NCBI GenBank assembly: GCA_031288055.1
Contig: JAITSD010000014.1
Coordinates: forward strand, 1 to 50,622
Reading direction: 5' to 3'
DNA: 50,622 nucleotides
From: Candidatus Opitulatrix roisinitermitis
GTDB lineage: Bacteria > Actinomycetota > Actinomycetes > Actinomycetales > Bifidobacteriaceae
The notes under the pieces were generated by a model. That model was not told where the DNA came from. It ran no database searches and saw only the letters and a list, made by a program, of their open reading frames with translations. The position numbers were made by a program, and so were the translations under genes. Shown one piece after another: positions 1 through 7,401 of the stretch (position 1 is its first letter; the number at the start of each line of letters is the position of its first letter).

Positions 1-42
1 TTTCTAATTTCCATATTAGTTTTTCTAATTTCCATACTAAAA
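1..42. repeat. Imperfect 21-bp tandem duplication at the window edge
   Basis: tttctaatttccata occurs at 1-15 and again at 22-36. On the minus strand each copy reads ATGGAAATTAGAAA. Confidence 0.5.
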
Positions 43-246
43 TTATTCCAAAAAAAAAAACACTTAATAGCCTGATAATTTTCTAATAAAATTGTTAGAA
101 AATATATAAAAATAAGATGTATTAAATTAAAATTGAAATAAAGTTATGATTAAAAAGTAAAGACACAATTAGAAAATAAGGAAGCAAGCATAAAAAATAG
201 TATTGAACATAATATGAAAATTTATACAAATGATTTAATAAAAAAT

Positions 247-293
247 TGGCTATCACCAAACGGGTCTCTACCAGTCACCGCGAGCGATAGCCA
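247..293. other. GC-rich 8-bp inverted repeat (TGGCTATC ... GATAGCCA) enclosing 31 nt, in the 5' non-coding region
   Basis: The arms at 247-254 and 286-293 are exact reverse complements. The enclosed segment accaaacgggtctctaccagtcaccgcgagc is much more GC-rich than its surroundings. It lies inside a 57-codon ORF (214-387). Confidence 0.4.
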
Positions 294-444
294 TAAATGT
301 TCGCAAACTAAAGATAGTTTATCACAATTATTAGATGAAGCCAAACAAAAAGGTTTAATATTATATGATTCCAACATTCCCATTTAGGCTAACATCCCTA
401 ATTTCGTAATTAAAATGTTTATAATATGGACTAATTATGATGTC

Positions 445-453
445 TGATATAAT
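445..453 (+). promoter_or_regulatory. Extended -10 promoter (TGaTATAAT), 6 nt from ATG 460; predicted leaderless transcript
   Basis: TG 445-446, TATAAT 448-453, spacer taataa, ATG 460. No Shine-Dalgarno. Confidence 0.5.
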
Positions 454-459
454 TAATAA

Positions 460-2397
460 ATGATGAGAGTAATTCTTGAAAATATAGGTCTAATAAAAAT
501 AATTTTGGGGAATCTGGCTTTGCTTATTATATTAAGTCAGTATATTCCATACACTATTGATATTGTTAAAGGCAAAACCCAACCAGCAGTTTTTATGTGG
601 TACGGGTTTGCTATTGTGGCAACTTATAAACTTTGGATTATGATGCCAGCGGGTGCTGGTTGGGGATCTGTGGGGACATGGGCCACGCTAGTTTCGGGTA
701 TAGCTTATGGGACTGTGGGTATTTTCTATTTTCATATTCAAAAATCTAGTAAAGTTTTAAACACTTTAGTAGTTTTAATTAATTTATTAGCTCCAGTTTT
801 AACTGTCACTGGCGTTATAACTGACTTAAATTATGGTATACTGATTGCAGGAATTGCTGGTGTGATTTCTGTGGTGCCAGGATTTGTTAAAAGCTATAAT
901 TTGCCTTATTCGGAAAATTTAACATCTTATGCTTTATCATTTGCGGGTAATGCAATTTCAATTCTAGCGGTTAGTTCATATAATTTTGAATCAACTTTAA
1001 TTCCTTGTGTTTGGACATTTATTAATTTATCTTGGACAATTTATTTAATTGCTAGAAGGAGAATTGTGGATAAGGCAGAATTGAAAGAATTGGAAATACA
1101 GGACGTATCAACTGAAACTATGGCAGAAAAGAACTTTCATTATGATAAATATATTGAAATATTAAATAAAGAATTAGTAGTGGCTATGGGTTGTACAGAA
1201 CCAATAGCCATAAGTTACGCGACTGCTAAAGCTAAGGAATTGTTTTCTGGTGAACCAGAGTATGTGAAAGTAGAAGTCAGCGGCAATATTTTAAAAAATG
1301 TCAAAAGCGTGGTGGTGCCAAATACAAATAATTTAAAAGGCGTGGAAGCGTCTGTGGCAGCAGGTATAATTGCTGGAGACCCTAATAAAGAGTTAGAGGT
1401 TATTTCTCATGTCACTGATGAACAAAAAAAGCAGATTAAACAGCTTGTAGATAAGAATATTATTGGCGTGGAACATCTTAATTCTAAATGTATTTTAGAT
1501 ATCAGAGTGACTTTAAAAAATGCTAAACATCTTTCGGTGGTTAGAGTTAGTGAAGTTCACACCAATATTACTTATGCTCAACAAGATGATAAAGTTTTAA
1601 TTGATAAAAAAATTGATGATGATACGACTAATCCATACGCTGATAGAATGTTTATGACAGTGGAGGATATTTTTAATTTTACTGAAAGTGTTCATTTGTC
1701 AGATGTTAAAAGTTTATTAGAAAGGCAAATTAAATATAATACTGCTATAGCTGATGAGGGTTTGAAAGGTAATTGGGGAGCAAATATTGGCAGTACTTTA
1801 ATACATTCTTATGGGCAAGGCATTGTTAACAGAGCTAAAGCCAAAGCAGCAGCTGGTTCGGATGCTAGAATGAGCGGTTGTGAATTACCAGTGGTTATAA
1901 ATGGCGGTAGTGGCAATCAGGGTATTACTGTGAGTGTGCCAGTTATAGAATACGCTAAAGAATTAAAAGCTCCTTATGAAAAATTATTGCGAGCTTTAGT
2001 TTTATCAAATTTAGTGGCTATTCATCAAAAAAACAAACTTGGTAGATTGTCGGCTTATTGTGGCGTGGTTTCAGCTGGTGCGGCGTCGGCTTGTGCTATC
2101 GCTTATTTAAAAGGCGGCGGTTTGAGAGAAATAGCTCATACCTTGGTTAATGCTTTAGCTATTACTAGCGGCATAATTTGTGATGGTGCTAAACCTAGTT
2201 GTGCTGCCAAAATAGCCGCCAGCGTTGATGCGGGTATTTTAGGCGAGGATATGTTTGCTAATGGGCAGCAATTTTACGGTGGCGACGGTATTGTAGTTAA
2301 AGGTGTGGAAAATACTTTGGAAAATGTCGGTCGTTTAGGGAAACAAGGTATGAAAGAAACAGATAAAGAAATTATTCAAATGATGATTGGCAAATAA
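460..2397 (+). CDS. Fusion protein: N-terminal 7-TM PQ-loop-like membrane domain plus C-terminal UPF0597/CyuA(YhaM)-type L-cysteine desulfidase domain
   Basis: Single uninterrupted 645-aa ORF. Residues 1-200 hold seven hydrophobic segments, with similar Pro-containing loops after TM1 (QYIPYTIDIVKGKTQP) and TM5 (VPGFVKSYNLPYSENLT) and ARRR after TM7. Residues 221-645 match E. coli YhaM/CyuA by eye (GCTEPIA, GSDARMSG, GGSGNQGIT, ICDGAKPSCAAK). TGaTATAAT lies 6 nt upstream of the ATG. Confidence 0.85.
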   Translation: MMRVILENIGLIKIILGNLALLIILSQYIPYTIDIVKGKTQPAVFMWYGFAIVATYKLWIMMPAGAGWGSVGTWATLVSGIAYGTVGIFYFHIQKSSKVLNTLVVLINLLAPVLTVTGVITDLNYGILIAGIAGVISVVPGFVKSYNLPYSENLTSYALSFAGNAISILAVSSYNFESTLIPCVWTFINLSWTIYLIARRRIVDKAELKELEIQDVSTETMAEKNFHYDKYIEILNKELVVAMGCTEPIAISYATAKAKELFSGEPEYVKVEVSGNILKNVKSVVVPNTNNLKGVEASVAAGIIAGDPNKELEVISHVTDEQKKQIKQLVDKNIIGVEHLNSKCILDIRVTLKNAKHLSVVRVSEVHTNITYAQQDDKVLIDKKIDDDTTNPYADRMFMTVEDIFNFTESVHLSDVKSLLERQIKYNTAIADEGLKGNWGANIGSTLIHSYGQGIVNRAKAKAAAGSDARMSGCELPVVINGGSGNQGITVSVPVIEYAKELKAPYEKLLRALVLSNLVAIHQKNKLGRLSAYCGVVSAGAASACAIAYLKGGGLREIAHTLVNALAITSGIICDGAKPSCAAKIAASVDAGILGEDMFANGQQFYGGDGIVVKGVENTLENVGRLGKQGMKETDKEIIQMMIGK

Positions 2398-2427
2398 TTG
2401 TAATTTTATGTCATTGTTGTTAGTTTA

Positions 2428-3519
2428 ATGAAATTATTGTCAGCTATGTCGGGCGGGGTTGATTCGTCTGTGGCTACGGCATTAGCAGTTAAAATGGGTC
2501 ATAGCGTGACGGGTGTACATATGGCTTTAATGGAAAATCGTCAATTATTTAATTATGGTTTACGGGGGTGTTGCTCTATAGAAGACTCCAATGATGCTGC
2601 TAGAGTGGCTGCTCAATTAGAAATACCGTTTTATGTTTGGGATTTATCAAAGGACTTTAAAAATCAAGTGGTTAATGATTTTGTAGAACAATATAAAATG
2701 GGTCGAACGCCTAATCCGTGCATCAGATGTAATGAATTTATTAAATTTCAAACCCTTTTACAAAAATCAATTAGTTTCGGGTTTGATGGTTTAATCACTG
2801 GACATTGGGCACAAATTATTGATGGCAATTTATATAGGGCAGTTAATTTGGCCAAGGATCAATCCTATGTTTTAGCAATTATGTCTAGTGACATTTTATC
2901 AAAGTGTTTTTTTCCATTGGGTGAGTACGCCACAAAAGATGAGATTAGACAATTAGCTAGTGATTTTGGTTTTGAAGTTAAAGATAAATTTGAAAGTACA
3001 GATATTTGTTTTATTAAAAATGGCGAAACCAGTGAGTTTTTAACTAATTCCATAGGTGACAAAACAGGCGATATTATTAATTTATCGGGTGAAGTTTTAG
3101 GTCAGCATAAAGGGTATTTTCACTTTACTATTGGTCAAAGGAGGGGTTTAAATATTAAAAATCCCGCTTTCGATGGCAAACCGAGATATGTTTTAAAAAC
3201 TAATCCTGCAGCTAATACTGTCACCGTTGGTACTAAACAAAATTTGAATGTAAAGCAAATTATTACTAAAATTAGTAGTTCACATAGTCAAATTGTATCA
3301 TCAGCCACAAAACCAATTAGATGTTATGTGCAAATTAGAGCTCATAGCACACCAATAAAAGCTTCTGCTGAAAAGTTAAAAAAAAATGGATATTGGAAAT
3401 TTACTTTAGCTGTTCCCCAAAAAGACGGCGTAGCAGATGGTCAAACCTTAGTAGCTTATAGGAAAGATAGAACAGGTGACAAAGTTTTGGGCAGTTGGGA
3501 AATTAATAATGGTGCGTGA
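2428..3519 (+). CDS. mnmA: tRNA-specific 2-thiouridylase MnmA
   Basis: N-terminal PP-loop SGGVDSSV. NPCIRCNEFIKF is the CxxC variant of the catalytic-Cys motif. KDQSYVL is present and the 363-aa length is typical. Confidence 0.9.
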   Translation: MKLLSAMSGGVDSSVATALAVKMGHSVTGVHMALMENRQLFNYGLRGCCSIEDSNDAARVAAQLEIPFYVWDLSKDFKNQVVNDFVEQYKMGRTPNPCIRCNEFIKFQTLLQKSISFGFDGLITGHWAQIIDGNLYRAVNLAKDQSYVLAIMSSDILSKCFFPLGEYATKDEIRQLASDFGFEVKDKFESTDICFIKNGETSEFLTNSIGDKTGDIINLSGEVLGQHKGYFHFTIGQRRGLNIKNPAFDGKPRYVLKTNPAANTVTVGTKQNLNVKQIITKISSSHSQIVSSATKPIRCYVQIRAHSTPIKASAEKLKKNGYWKFTLAVPQKDGVADGQTLVAYRKDRTGDKVLGSWEINNGA

Positions 3520-3567
3520 AGATAATATTTTTTAAAAATCAATGTTAAAGTTAATAATTTTTAGAAA

Positions 3568-4644
3568 TTAATAATGAGCAGTTTTAATTAACGCCTCTAA
3601 AAGTTCTGGTAAAGGTAAGCCAGATACTTCCCACATTTTAGGGTATTGTGAAATAGGTGTGAAGCCTGGAATTGTGTTAATCTCATTGACTATTATTTGA
3701 TTATTATTGGTTAAGAATACATCAATACGAGCCATTGATTGACATTCTAAAACGGCAAAACTAGTAGCAGCAATTTTTTGAATTGATTTTGTTTGTTTAG
3801 AAGTTAAGCTAGCTGGGGTTTTTAAAGATACCGATTTATCAATATATTTAGCTTGATAATCGTAAAATTTAGTGTCAGATGATTTATTGATTTGAATTTC
3901 AGCAGGTAGGCTAATTAAGGGTTTCACGGGTTTGGTACCTTCTAAAACGGCACATTCTAATTCTCTACCAGCTATAGCTTTTTCAATTAAAATAGAATAG
4001 TCAAATTCAGCAGCTTTTTTTAAGCTTGGCAATAATTCAGTAAAATTATTAATTTTGCTAACACCATATGAGGAGCCTGAACGACATGGTTTAATAAAGA
4101 TTGGCAGGAAATTAGGTTTTATTTTTTTATTTAAGTATTCCTCCACAAAAGAAAATCCATCCCGTATATCTATATGTATAAAAGGAGCCACGGGTATGCC
4201 ACGAGCTAGTAAAGCTAATTTAGTTCGGTGTTTATCAAAACATAAAGCACTTGATTCTAGATTGCAGCCAATATATTTAATATTAAACGTTTGTAAAAAT
4301 CCAGCAATTACACCATCCTCACCAGTGTTCCCATGAATTAATATAAAAATACAGTCACATTTTTTTAATTTGCTAATTAAACTATCATTATAAATTTGAT
4401 TTGTTTTAAGCATTGTTTTGTCGTTTGGCGTTTCCTCATACCAGTTTTGGCCGGTTTTATCAATGTAGAAAGGCATAACTTGATAATTTAATTTTTTTAG
4501 ACTTTGCCAAATATTTTTAGCACTAGTAATTGATATATTATGTTCCGGGGATTTACCTCCAAAAATTATGCCGATAGTCTGTTTAGTTTTATTATTTATT
4601 TGATTATTTTTAGTTTTTAGATTATCATTTGACTTATTTGTCAT
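3568..4644 (-). CDS. ddl: D-alanine--D-alanine ligase
   Basis: ATP-grasp Ddl hallmarks: GIIFGGKSPEHNISI, HGNTGEDG, FIKPCRSGSSYGV, FYDYQAKY, EINTIPGFT. It has an Asn/Lys-rich N-terminal extension. Confidence 0.9.
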   Translation of the reverse strand: MTNKSNDNLKTKNNQINNKTKQTIGIIFGGKSPEHNISITSAKNIWQSLKKLNYQVMPFYIDKTGQNWYEETPNDKTMLKTNQIYNDSLISKLKKCDCIFILIHGNTGEDGVIAGFLQTFNIKYIGCNLESSALCFDKHRTKLALLARGIPVAPFIHIDIRDGFSFVEEYLNKKIKPNFLPIFIKPCRSGSSYGVSKINNFTELLPSLKKAAEFDYSILIEKAIAGRELECAVLEGTKPVKPLISLPAEIQINKSSDTKFYDYQAKYIDKSVSLKTPASLTSKQTKSIQKIAATSFAVLECQSMARIDVFLTNNNQIIVNEINTIPGFTPISQYPKMWEVSGLPLPELLEALIKTAHY

Positions 4645-4650
4645 AGAATT

Positions 4651-4659
4651 ATTTTAGCA
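4651..4659 (-). promoter_or_regulatory. Extended -10 promoter (TGcTAAAAT) 6 nt from the ddl ATG; predicted leaderless
   Basis: The minus strand reads taTGcTAAAATaattctATG. No Shine-Dalgarno. Confidence 0.5.
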
Positions 4660-4675
4660 TAATATAATATGCTAA
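4654..4675. promoter_or_regulatory. Perfect 8-6-8 palindrome TTAGCATA-atataa-TATGCTAA in the ddl/prfA divergent intergenic region
   Basis: Read directly from the sequence. The arms are exact reverse complements. It overlaps the ddl extended -10 and a mirrored TGcTAAATA on the plus strand. Confidence 0.5.
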
Positions 4676-4694
4676 ATAAGCTAATATTGCCTTG

Positions 4695-4703
4695 TGATAA
4701 ACT
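4695..4703 (+). promoter_or_regulatory. Extended -10 promoter (TGaTAAACT) 6 nt from the prfA ATG; predicted leaderless
   Basis: TG 4695-4696, TAAACT 4698-4703, spacer ttaatt, ATG 4710. Confidence 0.45.
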
Positions 4704-4709
4704 TTAATT

Positions 4710-5810
4710 ATGCCCGAAAATATTGCTTATAAGGTGGCAGAGGAAAAATTAAAAGAGTTTGAAGAATTAGAAAAAAAATTATCTTTGCCTCAAACTCACA
4801 ATAATCAAAATTTAGCCCTGTCTTTAGGTCGTAAATATGCTGCCTTAAAACAAATAGTGGGTCTTTATAAAAAGTATTTAGGTTTAAAAAAAGATATTGT
4901 AGCAGCTAAAGAATTAACAGTTTTAGATAATGATTTTGCTGATGAAGTGCTTAATTTAGAACGGCAATTAGCCGATTTAGAGGCAAAATTAAAAGATGCT
5001 TTAGTGCCAAAAGATCCTGATGATCAAAAAGATGTTATTATGGAAATTAAAGCTGGAGTGGGAGGCGAAGAGTCAGCTCTTTTTGCTTCAGACCTTTATA
5101 GAATGTATGAAAAATATGCTAGTTCAAAAGGTTGGAAATTGCAAATTTTAGATATACAGGCTAATTCAATAGGCGGCGGTATAAAAGACGCCACACTTAT
5201 GTTTAAAAACTATTCAACAGATGTGCCGTATGATGATGGCGTTTGGCATCATTTAAAATACGAGGGTGGTGTTCATAGGGTTCAAAGAGTGCCTACCACT
5301 GAATCGCAAGGTCGGATTCATACTTCAGCTGTGGGAGTTTTGGTTTATCCCGAAGCAGATGAGTTAGAGGAGGATATAGATATTGACCCTAATGATTTAA
5401 AAGTGGATGTTTTTAGATCATCTGGTCCAGGTGGACAATCTGTTAATACCACTGATTCAGCAGTTCGTTTAACTCATATTCCCACAGGCGTTGTGGTATC
5501 TATGCAAAATGAAAAATCGCAAATTCAAAATCGAGCCGCGGCTTTAAAAGTTTTAAAATCTCGGCTTTTTGCTTTAAAAAAAGAAGCCGCGGATACTAAA
5601 GCAGCTGATATGCGACACTCTCAAGTTCGCACACTTGATAGAAGTGAGAAAATTAGAACTTATAATTTTCCTGAAAACAGAATTGTAGATCATCGAACTA
5701 ATTATAAAGCTTATAATTTAGATCAGGTTTTAGATGGTGATTTGCAACCTATGATTGATAGTGCTATTAAAAAAGACAATGAATTCTATTTGCAAACTGC
5801 CAAAACATGA
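4710..5810 (+). CDS. prfA: Peptide chain release factor 1
   Basis: GGQ motif (SGPGGQSVNTTDSAVR) and an RF1-type recognition region (RVPTTESQGRIHTS). The 366-aa length is typical. Confidence 0.95.
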   Translation: MPENIAYKVAEEKLKEFEELEKKLSLPQTHNNQNLALSLGRKYAALKQIVGLYKKYLGLKKDIVAAKELTVLDNDFADEVLNLERQLADLEAKLKDALVPKDPDDQKDVIMEIKAGVGGEESALFASDLYRMYEKYASSKGWKLQILDIQANSIGGGIKDATLMFKNYSTDVPYDDGVWHHLKYEGGVHRVQRVPTTESQGRIHTSAVGVLVYPEADELEEDIDIDPNDLKVDVFRSSGPGGQSVNTTDSAVRLTHIPTGVVVSMQNEKSQIQNRAAALKVLKSRLFALKKEAADTKAADMRHSQVRTLDRSEKIRTYNFPENRIVDHRTNYKAYNLDQVLDGDLQPMIDSAIKKDNEFYLQTAKT

Positions 5811-6645
5811 ACAAAAATTAATTTTAGCTCATGTCTTAAAGCTTGATTATTCTAAAACTTTAGACCCACGAATAATTAGTCAAATAAGTTTGAAACAGCA
5901 AACTAAGATAAATAAAATTGTTCAAAAGCGATTTTTAGGTAAACCTTTACAATATATTTTACAAGAAGCTTGGTTTTTAGGTAATAATATTAAAGTTAAA
6001 TCAGGTGTTTTTATACCTCGTCCAGAGACGGAATATTTAACCGCCATGTTTATGGATAAAGTAAAAGCCATTATTAATTTAGATCAGGATTTACCCGTTC
6101 AAGATGATTTTGTAATTGTGGATTTATGTTGTGGCACAGGAGCTATAGCTTTAGCTTTGGCAAATGAACTTAGTTCAAGTGAAATATTTCAGCAAAATAT
6201 AAAGATTTTTGGCATAGATAGTTCAAAATTAGCAATTAATTTAGCTAAACAAAATAAAAAGTTATTAAGTTTAAATAATTTACAATTTTATCAATATAAA
6301 TTGTCTGATAAATTAGTTAAAATTGAAAATAAATTAATTGCTAATATAATTTGCCGAGCTAAAGCTATAATTTCTAATCCGCCTTATATACCATTAGGTT
6401 CCAAAATAGCTGACGAAGTGGTGAATTATGAACCGCCAGAAGCTCTTTTTAGCGGATATGATGGAACCCATCTAGCTAAAGCAATTATTTATCAAGCTGG
6501 TACAAATCCTTGCCAATATCTTTATTTAGAAGCTCACGAAACTAATGTGGAAAAATTAGCTGATTTTGCTAAAAATTATTTTTCTAATAGTGAAGTAGTT
6601 AAAGATTTGACTGGTCGTAAGCGGTTTCTAATTTGTCAGAAGTGA
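5755..6645 (+). CDS. prmC: Release factor glutamine N5-methyltransferase PrmC/HemK
   Basis: NPPY motif (ISNPPYIP) and SAM-binding DLCCGTGAIAL. It follows prfA as in most bacteria. The 5' end overlaps prfA; an in-frame ATG at 5779 (MNSICKL...) is an alternative start. Confidence 0.85.
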   Translation: MIVLLKKTMNSICKLPKHEQKLILAHVLKLDYSKTLDPRIISQISLKQQTKINKIVQKRFLGKPLQYILQEAWFLGNNIKVKSGVFIPRPETEYLTAMFMDKVKAIINLDQDLPVQDDFVIVDLCCGTGAIALALANELSSSEIFQQNIKIFGIDSSKLAINLAKQNKKLLSLNNLQFYQYKLSDKLVKIENKLIANIICRAKAIISNPPYIPLGSKIADEVVNYEPPEALFSGYDGTHLAKAIIYQAGTNPCQYLYLEAHETNVEKLADFAKNYFSNSEVVKDLTGRKRFLICQK

Positions 6646-7401
6646 GTTTAGACTAATTAGGGCAGCACTGCCTGCTAAAAAACTGCGATAAATGTTTTGA
6701 CCTAAAGATATTGTTTGTCCGCCGATTTGACTTAGTTGTTTAATCTCTGTTTCAGCAATTCCCCCTTCTGGACCGACAATAAATATAATATTATTTAATT
6801 TTTGGGCGGTTTTTAATTTTTGGTTGACGAGTTTTTTAAAACTAGTTAAACTACTTTGACTATTTGGTTGTAAAATTAAAATTAAATTATTTTGGCTTGG
6901 AAAATCTTTTATCAGTGTTTTGCACAACTGTTCTGTATTTTTGGGATTTAGGAGTGTTGGAAATCGTAGCTGGCGGCTTTGTTCAGAGGAGGTAATGATT
7001 TGATTTTGCCATTTTGTTAAGTGATTTGGTTGCCATTTAGCAATTGATTTATTAGCTTGCCAGGGTATTATATAATTAACGCCAGCTTGAGTCATTAAGT
7101 CAAGAGCTAAATAATTAGCTTTATTTTTTAAAAGAGCTTGTACAATTATTTTTTTAGGCGTGTTCACAGGAATTTTTAAAGTCTTCAAAAGTTTTAAATC
7201 AAAAGTTTTATCAGCCTTTTTTATGGTCACAATTTCAAATAGGCCAGCTGTATTAAGTCCATTAGATAATTTAATTTGTGAACCAATTCCCCGCCTTTGA
7301 GATAGTATTATATGTTTATAAAGTTCTAGGTGTGTAATAGTATAATTTTGATTATTGTTAGGTAATTTTAGATCGGGATTATGAAAAAGAGGTAGTCCCA
7401 T
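6628..7401 (-). CDS. rsmE: 16S rRNA (uracil1498-N3)-methyltransferase RsmE
   Basis: C-terminal IFIVGPEGGIAETEI and the EQSRQLRFP region resemble E. coli RsmE. It lies immediately downstream of dnaJ, as in the actinobacterial dnaJ2-rsmE arrangement. The start overlaps the dnaJ 3' end. Confidence 0.8.
   Translation of the reverse strand: MGLPLFHNPDLKLPNNNQNYTITHLELYKHIILSQRRGIGSQIKLSNGLNTAGLFEIVTIKKADKTFDLKLLKTLKIPVNTPKKIIVQALLKNKANYLALDLMTQAGVNYIIPWQANKSIAKWQPNHLTKWQNQIITSSEQSRQLRFPTLLNPKNTEQLCKTLIKDFPSQNNLILILQPNSQSSLTSFKKLVNQKLKTAQKLNNIIFIVGPEGGIAETEIKQLSQIGGQTISLGQNIYRSFLAGSAALISLNSLLTN

Noticed and set aside
247-293. Possibility that the GC-rich hairpin is a known riboswitch (SAM, fluoride, guanidine, preQ1, c-di-AMP and others) or a tRNA fragment
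   Set aside because: I could not find the conserved core nucleotides of any class I can recall, and there is no cloverleaf. It is kept only as an unexplained structure in the findings.
3520-3567. AT-only imperfect inverted repeat between the convergent mnmA and ddl genes, considered as a bidirectional terminator
   Set aside because: The stem has 7 A:T pairs with a loop of about 19 nt, which is too weak to call. The same applies to similar AT-only repeats after the ABC ATPase gene (about 24810-24835) and after the GT2 gene (about 14535-14555).
4055-4336. 93-aa plus-strand ORF inside ddl
   Set aside because: It is antisense to a Ddl region containing conserved ATP-grasp motifs and has no independent signals.
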